Numbered from the stretch's first letter, positions 35,903 to 46,196 are shown. The stretch: DNA of 64,000 nucleotides from an uncultured bacterium (GCA_903842795.1 CAIMNJ010000011.1:3166-67165); one strand, 5' to 3'. Notes: a model not told the origin generated them from the letters alone. Made by a program: numbers and translations.

Positions 35903-37673
35903 ATTTTTGTTACTTTTCGTGCTTTTTTTATCTATTTTTAGTTTTCTTTTGGCGCGTTTGATTGATGTGGAAATTATTAAAGGAAATTATTTCTTTGACT
36001 TGGCAGAAAATAATCGTTATTTTACAAAAAAAAGTCCCACAGAAAGAGCAGTTTTTTTGGATCGATATGGACAAGCTTTGGTCAAAAATCAAAAACAATA
36101 CTTCAAATATTTAAAAAAAGACCAGCTATATAGTGAAAAAGAATTCTTAAATCAAGAAGAAGCTTTGAATTTATTGGCCACTGATAGTGCTAGCGTTGGT
36201 TATGAATTTAGTAGGACTTATCCTTATAAAGAAGCCCTTTCTTCAGTTCTCGGCTATTTATCTCCAGTTACAGAAGATGATTTAATCAAGGATTCTAGCT
36301 TGGTTGTTTTTTCTAGAATTGGCAGGATGGGACTAGAACAATTTTTTGACAAAAATTTACAATCCAAAAGTTCTATAGCCAAATTTGAAATTAATGCTCT
36401 TGGCCAAACTCAACGTTTGGTATCAACAAATGAATCAGTTTATGGAGAGAATATTAGAACGACCATTGATCCTTATCTAAGTGAACTTGCTTATAAGGCA
36501 ATGGGTGAGAAAAAAGGTGCAGTGATTATTATGGATGCTTCCAATGGGGAGATTCTCACTTTGCTTAGTACTCCCAGCTTTGATGCTAATGTTTTTGAAG
36601 ATAGTTTTTTGAATAATTTATACAAAAGAAATGCCAAAGATAGTTTGGATAAAATAAAAAGCTATTTAAGTGATGAGGGGCAGGTGTTCTTTAATAGAAG
36701 CACTAGCGGAGTTTATCCTCCAGGATCAGTTTTTAAATTGGTGACAGCATTAGCTGCTTTGCAGGAAGGTGTTTTAGATGAAGACACAGTTGTTGATGAT
36801 CAAGGAATTCTTAAGGTTGGTGATTTTGAATATGCTAATTGGTATTTTACTCAATATGGAAGAGTTGAAGGAGCTGTTGATGTAAAAAAAGCTCTAATTC
36901 GTAGCAATGATATTTTTTTCTACAAAGCAGCAGAATGGCTTGGACCAGAAAAACTTGCCAAATATGCTCGTCTATTTGGTTTTGGCAAAACAACTGGTCT
37001 ACAAGCCAAAGAATCACTCGGTTTGGTGCCTGATCCAGAATGGAAGGAGGTGGAAAGGGGAGAAAATTGGTATCTTGGAAACACTTATCATTTTGGCATT
37101 GGTCAGGGTGACTTGTTGGTGACTCCAATCCAAGTTGCAGCTATGACTCAAGCAATTGCTAATCATGGACATCTCTGTCAGAGCTCTTTTTTACCAGCAT
37201 TGACTCAAAACTGTCGAGATTTAGTGATTGATGAAAAAAATTTAGAGTTAGTTTTGTCTGGGATGATAGGAGCTTGTAGTCAGGGTGGAACCGCTTATCC
37301 ACTTTTTCCCTATAATCAGAATTTAGCCAGCACCATTAATGAGCAAGATCTTTTATCTAGTGAGAAAATAAATCGTGGTATGGTTGCTTGCAAAACTGGT
37401 ACTGCTGAGTTTGGTGCTGCTGATGAAAAAGGTTATAGAAAAACACATGCTTGGACTACAGCTATAGTTGGCGTTGATCAGGCTAGAATGAAAAATCATG
37501 ATAACGTTGAATATCCAGATAAAAATGAATGGCTGAAGTTGATTAAAACTAACAATTTTCCAAACAAATTAGTAATTACTGTTTTGGTTGAGAGTGATGC
37601 TAATAAGATTTATAGCGAAGGATCTCAAGATGCAGCTCCAGTGATTGCTGAAATTTTAAATTGGATTTTTTGA
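35892..37673 (+). CDS. mrdA: Penicillin-binding protein 2 (class B)
   Basis: YPPGSVFK, SND, GIGQG, KTGTAE. Confidence 0.92.
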   Translation: MRLKFLLLFVLFLSIFSFLLARLIDVEIIKGNYFFDLAENNRYFTKKSPTERAVFLDRYGQALVKNQKQYFKYLKKDQLYSEKEFLNQEEALNLLATDSASVGYEFSRTYPYKEALSSVLGYLSPVTEDDLIKDSSLVVFSRIGRMGLEQFFDKNLQSKSSIAKFEINALGQTQRLVSTNESVYGENIRTTIDPYLSELAYKAMGEKKGAVIIMDASNGEILTLLSTPSFDANVFEDSFLNNLYKRNAKDSLDKIKSYLSDEGQVFFNRSTSGVYPPGSVFKLVTALAALQEGVLDEDTVVDDQGILKVGDFEYANWYFTQYGRVEGAVDVKKALIRSNDIFFYKAAEWLGPEKLAKYARLFGFGKTTGLQAKESLGLVPDPEWKEVERGENWYLGNTYHFGIGQGDLLVTPIQVAAMTQAIANHGHLCQSSFLPALTQNCRDLVIDEKNLELVLSGMIGACSQGGTAYPLFPYNQNLASTINEQDLLSSEKINRGMVACKTGTAEFGAADEKGYRKTHAWTTAIVGVDQARMKNHDNVEYPDKNEWLKLIKTNNFPNKLVITVLVESDANKIYSEGSQDAAPVIAEILNWIF

Positions 37674-37747
37674 TTTTTTGTAATTTCCCAATCAGTTCCT
37701 TAGTTATTACGCTTTTTGCAACCTTGCTAATAGATACTTATTAATAA

Positions 37748-38905
37748 ATGCAAAACTTAAGCAAAAAATTGACTAGTGAACAGATTGCACATAAAGCTTT
37801 TTTAGTTACTTTAAATGCGATTAATGGTTTTGGCCAAAAAACTATTTTAAAAATTCTAAATTATTGCCAAGAAAGACATTTAGAACCAAAGGAATTTTTG
37901 GATAATAAATATAATGTTTGGAATGAAATTTCTTTATCAGAAAGATCTGTGGAATCAATCAAAAATTTCAAAAAAGCACACAATTTTATAGACTACTTGT
38001 CTAGCCTAGAGGATTCGGGTATTCAGGTGCTCACTTTTGAAGAAAAATCATACCCAAAATTACTTTTAGAAACTAATGATTTTCCACCAGTTTTACTTGT
38101 CAAAAGTTTGGTCAAGGTGGGGAGTTCAGCTTGGAAAATTGCTTTTGCAAACACAATTTCTGTAGTTGGAGCTAGAAAAATGACTTCTTATGGGCAATTG
38201 GTTCTTAAAAAAATGGTTCCTCCATTAGTTGCAGCCGGCAAAGTGGTTGTTTCTGGATTTATGTATGGCATCGATTTAACTGCTGCCAGAGTTGCTTTGG
38301 AAAATCATGGTCAAACGGTTGCGGTACTTGGATTTGGATTCAATCACTGCTTTCCATCAAGTCAGAAAAAAGTTATGGCTGATTTTCTTGAAAGAGGAGC
38401 AATTTTCCTGAGCGAATTTTCTCCAGAAGTTGTTGCTAAGGCCGCTAATTTTGTTATTCGCAACCGCATTGTGGCAGGTTTATCCAAAGCAACCCTGGTA
38501 GTTGAGGCAGCCAGACGTAGTGGTTCGCATATTACTGCAGGTTATGCCAATGATTACGGACGCTTAGTTATGGCTGTTCCAGGTCCAATTACCAATCCTT
38601 TTAGTGATGGTACAAAGGCTTTAATTACTCAGGGGGCAGTGTTGGTCAATAGCGCAATGGATATTCTGGATGAAATTAAGGAGGACTATCATTTAAATTT
38701 TTTCAACTCTAGTGAAGATAATATGGATGGAAATCAGCAGGTTAAGGTTTTGCTGGAGAACTTAAGTTTTTTTCCAGAAATCAGTTTCGATGACCTTTTA
38801 AAGAGCACTAAATTAACTTCTGAGCAGTTAAATCAACTCTTATTTGATTTGGAATTACAAGGTAAAATTATCAAAAAATGGGGTAAGTATTGCTTAGTGA
38901 GCTAG
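37748..38905 (+). CDS. dprA: DNA processing protein DprA
   Basis: VVGAR, VSGFMYGID, FVIRNRIVAGLS, VVEA, SGSHIT, AVPG. Confidence 0.95.
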   Translation: MQNLSKKLTSEQIAHKAFLVTLNAINGFGQKTILKILNYCQERHLEPKEFLDNKYNVWNEISLSERSVESIKNFKKAHNFIDYLSSLEDSGIQVLTFEEKSYPKLLLETNDFPPVLLVKSLVKVGSSAWKIAFANTISVVGARKMTSYGQLVLKKMVPPLVAAGKVVVSGFMYGIDLTAARVALENHGQTVAVLGFGFNHCFPSSQKKVMADFLERGAIFLSEFSPEVVAKAANFVIRNRIVAGLSKATLVVEAARRSGSHITAGYANDYGRLVMAVPGPITNPFSDGTKALITQGAVLVNSAMDILDEIKEDYHLNFFNSSEDNMDGNQQVKVLLENLSFFPEISFDDLLKSTKLTSEQLNQLLFDLELQGKIIKKWGKYCLVS

Positions 38906-38990
38906 AATACAGCTAGAATGGGCAACTGTTGCATCTTTTTGATAAGAGGGTTTGCTTAGAACTACTAAACAAACCAAGAAAGTTTTTATT

Positions 38991-41228
38991 ATGGACTTAG
39001 TTGTAGTCGAATCACCTACAAAAGCAAGAAAACTCAAAGATTATTTGGGTGGTAAATATGCTATAGAAGCTTCTGTTGGTCACGTGAGAGATTTACCAAA
39101 AAAAACTTTAGGAATTGATTTAGAAAAAAACTATCAGCCAGTCTATGAGGTTAGTGCAGATAAAAAGAAAGTAGTTTCCAATCTTCGTAAATTAGCTAAG
39201 AGTGCAGATAAAATTTATTTAGCAACTGACCCTGATCGCGAAGGGGAAGCAATTGCCTGGCATATAAAATTTCTTTTGCAGGATGCCAAAAATGAAGATA
39301 AGTTTTATCGTTCCACTTTTCATGAAATTACCAAAGAAGCCGTCAAAAAAGCAATAGATAAGCCAAGTAAGCTTAATTTGGACTTGGTTAATGCACAGCA
39401 AGCCCGTCGTGTTTTAGATAGATTAGTTGGATATCAAGTTTCTCCTGTTCTTTGGAAAAAAATTCGTCGCGGTTTATCTGCGGGTCGTGTGCAGTCAGTC
39501 GCTCTGCGCTTAATTGTTGAGAGGGAAAAAGAAATCACCGCTTTTAAACCAGAAGAATTCTGGGAATTGTCGGTGGCTTTATCAAAAGCTGGAATATTGG
39601 AGGAACAGAAAGTTTTCGATCAAGATGGCAAACCAAAAACAGATCTAGATCAAAATATTTTTGTAGCGGTTTTAGATAAAATAAATGATAAAAAAGCCAA
39701 AATTGACAATGGAGAGATGGCCAAAATGGTTTCTCAAGATTTACTTATTGGCAGCTATACTGTTGATAAGGTTGAGAAAACAGAACGTAGTCGTCAGAGT
39801 TTGCCTCCGTTTACAACTTCATTAATTCAACAGGCAGCGGCCACCAGTTTTGGTTTTTCTGCCAAGCAAACCATGAGTTTGGCCCAAAGACTTTATGAAG
39901 AAGGTTTAATTACTTACCATCGTACCGATTCTTTTAATTTGGCTTCTTCGGCAATTGAAAAAGCAAGAGAATATATTAGTGCTCAGTTTGGTAAGGAATA
40001 TTTGCCAGCTAAAGCAAGAGTTTTTGCTAAAAAATCTAAGAATGCTCAGGAGGCTCATGAAGCAATCCGTGTCACTGATTTAACAATTGATAAAAATAAT
40101 ATTTTACAAAAAGCACCATCTTTGACTGATCAACATATTAAGTTATATGACTTGGTATGGAGAAGATTTTTAGCTTCTCAGATGAATGCTGCCATTTATG
40201 ATCAAACCACCATTCTGGTGCAAGCTGTTGCTAAGGAAAAAAAGAATAAATATTTGTTGCGAAGCAGTGGTTCAGTCGTTAGATTTGATGGCTGGAGAAG
40301 GTTGTTCACTGTGGCGGAAGATCAAATTCTTCCAGAACTCAAAGATGGCGAAGCTCTTACTTATCTTGACTTATCTTCCATCCAAAAATTTACTCAAGCT
40401 CCACCCAGATATAATGACGCTTCTTTGGTCAAAGAACTGGAAAAAAGAGGGATTGGAAGACCAAGTACCTATGCATCTATAATTTCTGTAATTGTTGACC
40501 GAGCCTATGTAGAAAGAACCCAAAAGAAGTTTTTTGCTACACCAATTGGCATAACAGTGTGTGACTTCTTAATTCAACATTTCGCCAACTTCATGGATTA
40601 TGATTTTACCGCTTCAATGGAAGAGGATTTAGACTTAATTGCTCTTGGTCAAAAAGATTGGGTCAACGTTATAGATTTGTTTTATAAACCACTTTCTGCA
40701 AAAATTAGCGACGTAACCAAAGAAGCTGATCGTGTGCAAGTTCCAGTAGAGCAAACAGGAGAAAAGTGTCCAGAGTGCGGTGAAGGCGAAGTAGTTATTC
40801 GTACTGGTCGATTTGGAAAATTTAGAAGTTGCAGTCGCTTTCCTGATTGCAAATATACAAAAAATATTGTCGAAACATTGCCTGATCAACATTGTCCTCT
40901 TTGCGGTGAAGGAGAAGTAGTTGTCAAGAATACCAGATGGGGAAAACCATTTTATGGTTGTTCTCTTTACCCAAAGTGCGATTTTGCTTCTTGGAAAAAG
41001 CCAGATCCAAACTATAAATTAACTCAAGAAGAATGGGCAGATCTGAAAAGAAAAAGAGAAGAGTGGAAAGAAAGAATGGGCAAAAACAAGAAAACAGCTT
41101 CAGGTGAAAAACCCCAAGCCGCAGTTAAGAAAAAATCAGCAATCAAAAAAACTGCAAAAAATACTGTAAAAAAAACATCCAAAAAGTCCACTAAGAAATC
41201 TGCTCCAAAAACCAAATCTAAATCTTAA
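38991..41228 (+). CDS. topA: DNA topoisomerase I
   Basis: VVESPTKA, ATDPDREGE, SAGRVQS, ITYHRTDS, two Zn ribbons, Lys-rich tail. Confidence 0.97.
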   Translation: MDLVVVESPTKARKLKDYLGGKYAIEASVGHVRDLPKKTLGIDLEKNYQPVYEVSADKKKVVSNLRKLAKSADKIYLATDPDREGEAIAWHIKFLLQDAKNEDKFYRSTFHEITKEAVKKAIDKPSKLNLDLVNAQQARRVLDRLVGYQVSPVLWKKIRRGLSAGRVQSVALRLIVEREKEITAFKPEEFWELSVALSKAGILEEQKVFDQDGKPKTDLDQNIFVAVLDKINDKKAKIDNGEMAKMVSQDLLIGSYTVDKVEKTERSRQSLPPFTTSLIQQAAATSFGFSAKQTMSLAQRLYEEGLITYHRTDSFNLASSAIEKAREYISAQFGKEYLPAKARVFAKKSKNAQEAHEAIRVTDLTIDKNNILQKAPSLTDQHIKLYDLVWRRFLASQMNAAIYDQTTILVQAVAKEKKNKYLLRSSGSVVRFDGWRRLFTVAEDQILPELKDGEALTYLDLSSIQKFTQAPPRYNDASLVKELEKRGIGRPSTYASIISVIVDRAYVERTQKKFFATPIGITVCDFLIQHFANFMDYDFTASMEEDLDLIALGQKDWVNVIDLFYKPLSAKISDVTKEADRVQVPVEQTGEKCPECGEGEVVIRTGRFGKFRSCSRFPDCKYTKNIVETLPDQHCPLCGEGEVVVKNTRWGKPFYGCSLYPKCDFASWKKPDPNYKLTQEEWADLKRKREEWKERMGKNKKTASGEKPQAAVKKKSAIKKTAKNTVKKTSKKSTKKSAPKTKSKS

Positions 41229-41232
41229 ATCT

Positions 41233-41841
41233 ATGAAAATTCTTGTTTTTGGAGGGACTTTTAATCCACCGCATTTGGGACACCAATTGATGGTCGAACA
41301 GGTTTTGCTCAATTCGCTAAATGATGGAACAGTTTTTGATCAAGTTTGGTTGTTGCCAGTTGGAAAACATAGCTTTCTAAAGAATTTTATTGATAAAAAT
41401 CATCGTTTAGCAATGCTGCAATTAATGATAGAAAGCATTTGTGAAAAACATGAGGAATTAAGGGGAAAAATTCGTATTGAAACATATGAGCTAGAGCACA
41501 GTGAAGAAAGCCAGACATTTAACACTTTGGAAGCTCTTGCACAAAAGTATCCAGAAAATAAGTTTTCTTTTTTGATTGGTTCGGATAATTTGTCCAAATT
41601 TAGCCTTTGGCATAATTATCTGCTAATGCTAGAAAAGTTTAAATTTTATGTTTATCCTAGAGTTTCCTTTCCTTTTTCACCAATGTTGCAAGGGATGGTC
41701 GCTCTAAATGATTTTCCACAGATGGAAGTATCATCTAGCAAAGTAAGATTGGCTTTGGCAAATAATACTAGTCTAAAAGATCTTTTAAACATTAAAATAA
41801 TTAACTATATAAAAGAAAAAAAATTATATGGCAAAAACTAA
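41233..41841 (+). CDS. nadD: Nicotinate-nucleotide adenylyltransferase
   Basis: FGGTFNPPHLGH, IGSD, W, VSSS. Confidence 0.92.
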   Translation: MKILVFGGTFNPPHLGHQLMVEQVLLNSLNDGTVFDQVWLLPVGKHSFLKNFIDKNHRLAMLQLMIESICEKHEELRGKIRIETYELEHSEESQTFNTLEALAQKYPENKFSFLIGSDNLSKFSLWHNYLLMLEKFKFYVYPRVSFPFSPMLQGMVALNDFPQMEVSSSKVRLALANNTSLKDLLNIKIINYIKEKKLYGKN

Positions 41842-42136
41842 ATACCAAGAATATTACCAAAAAATGGTTACAGAGAATCGTCAACTTTTTGATGAATTTT
41901 TAAAGATTAATGATCTTTTTAAGGCAGATCCACAATCAAATGCAGAGCAATTTCATTTGGTTGGACAAAAGGTTCTAGACAAAGTCAGAGATTTTGATCG
42001 TCGTCTTTGCAGTGCTATGGGTAGAGGTGTTTTTAGCACTTATTCACAAAAACTTTCAGAGAAGTTCTGGGATTTAGTTAGAAAAGATTTTGATCAAATT
42101 GATATGGTGGGAGTCAAGGTTAAAACCATTAAATAA
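41828..42136 (+). CDS. Hypothetical helical protein
   Basis: 102-aa ORF overlapping the nadD stop. Confidence 0.7.
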   Translation: MAKTKYQEYYQKMVTENRQLFDEFLKINDLFKADPQSNAEQFHLVGQKVLDKVRDFDRRLCSAMGRGVFSTYSQKLSEKFWDLVRKDFDQIDMVGVKVKTIK

Positions 42137-42176
42137 AATTTGTGCGAACATTTTTATAGTGTGCTAGAATGGAATT

Positions 42177-42452
42177 ATGTTTAGAAATCCTTACGCCCCA
42201 GACTTTTTTCCATTTTTTTCTTGTTTCATGGTTTTTATGATTATTGTTTTTGTTGCGGACGCTATTCTTAGGGGTATTGCTCTTTGGCGCGCTGCGCGCG
42301 CCAACCAAGTGCCTTGGTTTATTGCTCTAATGGTTCTAAATACGATGGGTATTTTGCCAATTATTTACTTGAGTTTCTTTGCAGAAAAACCACTATACAA
42401 AACCAATTCAAAACAAACTACCAAAAAGCCTGCCAGGCGTAAATCACGCTAA
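42177..42452 (+). CDS. Small membrane protein (DUF5652-like)
   Basis: GIALWRAAR..Q..WF...LNTMGILPIIYL. Confidence 0.75.
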   Translation: MFRNPYAPDFFPFFSCFMVFMIIVFVADAILRGIALWRAARANQVPWFIALMVLNTMGILPIIYLSFFAEKPLYKTNSKQTTKKPARRKSR

Positions 42453-42463
42453 AGAAAATTTCT

Positions 42464-43240
42464 ATGAATGAGATAGCGTTTGATGCTTCAGAGCAAATTA
42501 AAACGATTGTTTCTTTTTTACAAAAAACTTTTGCCGCAACTGAAAAAAAACAGGCAGTAATTGCTGTTTCTGGAGGAATTGATAGTGCTTTGTCTTTATC
42601 TCTATTAGTTAAGGCGTTGCCAAAAGAACAAATTTGGCCAATTCTCTTGCCATATGATCGCCAGGATATGAGTGATGCTCAAAAGATTTTGGATTTTTGG
42701 CAGATTCCGGCGGAAAACAGAAAAATTCTCAACATTGCCTCTATGGTGGATGCTGCTTGTAAATCTTTACAAATAGAACCTTCAGATAAGCTTAGAAAAG
42801 GCAATGTCATGGCTAGAGTTCGTATGATTGCCATTTTTGATTATGCTAAGTTTAAGAATGCTTTGGTGGTGGGAACAGAAAATAAGTCTGAGTACTATTT
42901 GGGTTATTTTACAAGATTTGGTGATGAAGCTTCCGATCTTGAGCCTTTATCAACTTTATACAAGACGCAAGTGCGAGAGTTGGTTATTGAATTGGGTTTG
43001 CCAGCAGTTTTTTTAAACAAAGCTCCTTCAGCTGATTTATGGAAAGATCAAAGTGATGAGATTGAATTTGGTTTTGATTATGCTTTGGCAGATCAAGTTT
43101 TAAATTATTTATTTGATCAAAAAAAAGAAGCAGCTGAAATTCCGTTAATGTTTCCTGAACAACAGCGACTTTTAGCAAAAAAAGTTTTAGAAAGAGTGGA
43201 GCAAATGGCATTCAAGCATCTGGTGCCTTATCATCTATAA
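42464..43240 (+). CDS. nadE: NH3-dependent NAD+ synthetase
   Basis: SGGIDS, GNVMARVRM, GTENKSE, GYFTRFGD, KAPSADL. Confidence 0.95.
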   Translation: MNEIAFDASEQIKTIVSFLQKTFAATEKKQAVIAVSGGIDSALSLSLLVKALPKEQIWPILLPYDRQDMSDAQKILDFWQIPAENRKILNIASMVDAACKSLQIEPSDKLRKGNVMARVRMIAIFDYAKFKNALVVGTENKSEYYLGYFTRFGDEASDLEPLSTLYKTQVRELVIELGLPAVFLNKAPSADLWKDQSDEIEFGFDYALADQVLNYLFDQKKEAAEIPLMFPEQQRLLAKKVLERVEQMAFKHLVPYHL

Positions 43241-43248
43241 AATAAACT

Positions 43249-43812
43249 ATGAACAATTGCAGCGCACGCATCATTTTAAAAGCATCAGACATTGAGCCAG
43301 TAGTCAAAAAACTCCATCAAGAGAATAAAAAGATTGTTTTGACACAGGGTTCTTTTGATTTGGTTCATATTGGTCATGCTCGTTATTGTGATGCTGCTCG
43401 TGATTTTGGTGATGTTCTAATTGTTGGTGTAGATAGTGATGAAAAAGTGCGTCAACGCAAAGGCCCAAATCGTCCTATTGTTCCTGAAGATGAGCGTATG
43501 GAGATGCTAACTCACCTTCGTAGTGTTGATTATGTCATTCTCAAAGAAGCCGGTGAGGAAAAATTTAATTTGATTAAGTTGATTAAACCAGATGTATTAA
43601 TTGCTACAGCTGCCACTTACGATGCTAGAACAATCAAAAAGTTAGAAAAAATTTGCGGCAAAGTAGTCGTGTTGGATCCTATGGCTACAACCTCTACAAC
43701 CGCAAAAATTCGTTTGATGCAAATGAGTACGGCTCGTAAGATTGAAGATCGTATGAAAACCAAAATTATCAAGAGCATTGAGGAAGTTTTGGAAGAGTTG
43801 CGTACTTCTTAA
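43249..43812 (+). CDS. HxGH nucleotidyltransferase (HldE/RfaE domain II-like)
   Basis: GSFDLVHIGH, VGVDSD, KGPNRP, ER, TSTT. Confidence 0.88.
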   Translation: MNNCSARIILKASDIEPVVKKLHQENKKIVLTQGSFDLVHIGHARYCDAARDFGDVLIVGVDSDEKVRQRKGPNRPIVPEDERMEMLTHLRSVDYVILKEAGEEKFNLIKLIKPDVLIATAATYDARTIKKLEKICGKVVVLDPMATTSTTAKIRLMQMSTARKIEDRMKTKIIKSIEEVLEELRTS

Positions 43813-43817
43813 AGTTT

Positions 43818-44741
43818 ATGAAACAAATCATTATTGCTTACATTCCAGTTTTACATCGTGGCTATCAGGAATTTTTGACTAAGTATCCTGGGGCTGATCT
43901 TTATTTGTTGGACAAAGAAGAGTTATTGGATTTTGAAGAATTAGAATATTTAAAGAAAGATATTCGGGTTTTGGACTTATCTTTGGCTGTAAGATCAATT
44001 GATTCATGGGAGATATTTAAGATTGTAAAATCAATTAAATTAAAGGAATTAGAGAAAATTAATTACCCAAGTGATAAAACCAAATTTATTTTTACCAATG
44101 ATGATATTGGACAATTTGTTGCTGCTAAATTCTTTTCTAAAAACAAGAATAAATTATTTGAACCAATTTTTTTACGTTGGGACAAAAATTTAATCAATTC
44201 ACAAAATGAAGTGCCTAATGATATTGTGATAAGTAGGGAAGAATTTGAACAGCAACATATGAAACAAGCTTTTATGGAAGCTGGCAAAAGTAGCGATTGG
44301 TGGAGACATGTGGGAAGTTTAATTGTTAAGGATGGAGAAGTTGTTTTGGCTGGCTACAATCATCATTTGCCAAATAATGATCAGCAATACAAGAATGGTG
44401 ATCCGCGTACCTCTTTTATTTCTGGCATTGGAACTGATTTTACAAGTTCCATTCATGCTGAAGCGAATTTAATTGCTTTGGCTGCTAAAAAAGGCGTTTC
44501 TCTTGAGGGAGCAGCGATTTTTGCCACCACTTTTCCTTGTCCGGTTTGTGCCAAGCAAATTGCTATTTCAGGAATAAAAAAAGTTTACTATGCCAAGGGC
44601 TATGCTGTGTTAGATGGTATGGAAATTTTTAAGAGTTTTGGAGTTGAGGTGATTTTAGTTAAATTCTCTAAGGAAGAATTTTTGGAAATTGAAAAATTAG
44701 AACAAGAAAGATCAATTGTTAAAGATTGTTATAGTCTTTAG
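43818..44741 (+). CDS. dCMP-deaminase-family protein with extra N-terminal domain
   Basis: HAEAN and PCPVC Zn motifs in the C-half; N-half begins AYIPVLHRGY. Confidence 0.85.
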   Translation: MKQIIIAYIPVLHRGYQEFLTKYPGADLYLLDKEELLDFEELEYLKKDIRVLDLSLAVRSIDSWEIFKIVKSIKLKELEKINYPSDKTKFIFTNDDIGQFVAAKFFSKNKNKLFEPIFLRWDKNLINSQNEVPNDIVISREEFEQQHMKQAFMEAGKSSDWWRHVGSLIVKDGEVVLAGYNHHLPNNDQQYKNGDPRTSFISGIGTDFTSSIHAEANLIALAAKKGVSLEGAAIFATTFPCPVCAKQIAISGIKKVYYAKGYAVLDGMEIFKSFGVEVILVKFSKEEFLEIEKLEQERSIVKDCYSL

Positions 44742-45212
44742 CTAAACTCTTTTTTCCCACTGTAATCCGAGCTTAATTTTGACTGGTTCAAAGTCTTCTG
44801 ACATGGCATCAGGAACGACCAGCTGAACATGGAGGTGATTTACAGTGCCGGCAGAAAAGTCGGTATCACCAAAACGCATGGCAAATCCACCTCCTTCAAA
44901 AGCAAAATTTTGCTCCAATTCTTTAATTAAATCAAACATTTCAGTGCCAGCAGCAGAATCCAATTCAGTTAATTTGACGGCATGTTGTTTGTAGATTAAG
45001 AGTAAATGATGTTTTGTATGTTTATATGGCCACTGATTTTTGGTAACTAGCCAATATTTGCCTTCTCTTAAGATGGGATTTTTATGATAAAGACGCAGAT
45101 TTTTTTCGCAAAATGGGCAATGAGCTCTGTCGGCGATTTTTTTCATCACTTCAATTTGATCGTCTTCTCTAGAATTATTGATATTGATGAAACTGTTTTT
45201 ATTTTTAGTCAT
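44742..45212 (-). CDS. HIT-superfamily protein, HxHxQ type
   Basis: CPFC, NQWPY, HLLLI, TVNHLHVQL. Confidence 0.85.
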   Translation of the reverse strand: MTKNKNSFININNSREDDQIEVMKKIADRAHCPFCEKNLRLYHKNPILREGKYWLVTKNQWPYKHTKHHLLLIYKQHAVKLTELDSAAGTEMFDLIKELEQNFAFEGGGFAMRFGDTDFSAGTVNHLHVQLVVPDAMSEDFEPVKIKLGLQWEKRV

Positions 45213-45239
45213 GTGGCTTTCGCAGATGTGTAAAGATTT

Positions 45240-46112
45240 TTAGACAGCAACGGGGATATCCCACATACCTTTATGTGGATTGTAATCGACCAGTTCAAAA
45301 TCTTCGACTCTATAGTCGAAAAGATTTTTCTTTTTGTTTTTCAAAATCATTTTTGGTAGAGGACGAGTCTCTCTTTTAATCAATTCTTTGACATGGTCAA
45401 TTTGATCCACAAAGATGTGAGCATCTGAAAAACTGTGTATATATTCATAAGCTTCATAGCCAGTTACTTCAGCCAACATCATGGTTAGGGCAGCGTATTG
45501 AGCGAGATTGGCAGGAAGTCCAATTGGAACATCACTTGATCTTTGAAACATATGTAAAGTGAGCTTGTTGTCGATGACGCGGATATGAATCCATCCGTGA
45601 CATGGGCAGACCACCACTTTTTGCGTTTTACCTTTACCGCGAATAGTGTATTGAGGGATCCATGGACTAATAAAATGTGTTTTAAGATGAGGTAGCTCTT
45701 TGATTTGTTCGATAATTTCTTTAAACTGATTAAAAGTTCCGCCTTCAGCTGTTGGAAAATCATGAAATGCTGCTCCATAAGATCCTGGACCCAAATCTCC
45801 AGTTTCTAGACCACGTTTTTTGCATTTTTCTTCCGTAACCCATGATTTCCACCAATTACAACCATATTTTTCTAGTTCTGTTTGTGTGCGTGCTCCATTG
45901 ATAAATCCAATTATTTCTCCAATTGCGCCTTTCCACATTTTTTCACTGATTTTTCTCTCAGTAATAATGGGAAATCCTTCACTTAATTTGAAATGTAATG
46001 GAGCGGGAGCAATTTTGCTGATTGTGTCAACTTCTTGTTGTGTTTTTCCCTGAGTTCCTTCGTCTAAAATTTCTTTAAGCAGGCGTTGGTAAGGAGAAAG
46101 TTGCTTTGACAT
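45240..46112 (-). CDS. thyA: Divergent thymidylate synthase
   Basis: GDLGP.SYG, PCH, QRSSD, N...Y, DAHI, PVAV C-terminus. Confidence 0.9.
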   Translation of the reverse strand: MSKQLSPYQRLLKEILDEGTQGKTQQEVDTISKIAPAPLHFKLSEGFPIITERKISEKMWKGAIGEIIGFINGARTQTELEKYGCNWWKSWVTEEKCKKRGLETGDLGPGSYGAAFHDFPTAEGGTFNQFKEIIEQIKELPHLKTHFISPWIPQYTIRGKGKTQKVVVCPCHGWIHIRVIDNKLTLHMFQRSSDVPIGLPANLAQYAALTMMLAEVTGYEAYEYIHSFSDAHIFVDQIDHVKELIKRETRPLPKMILKNKKKNLFDYRVEDFELVDYNPHKGMWDIPVAV

Positions 46113-46196
46113 GATAAAAACAATATATGGCAGTTTGCCTTATGACGCAATAGGGCGGTAGTCAATGTGGTCAACATGGTATAAGCTATATCAGAT

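Noticed and set aside
3531-37673. UGA recoding (code 25 or 4)
   Set aside because: TGA ends genes at ATGA overlaps and long genes are intact under code 11.
43249-43812. ADP-heptose/LPS synthesis role
   Set aside because: No kinase domain and no gmh or LPS genes nearby; the context is nucleotide metabolism.
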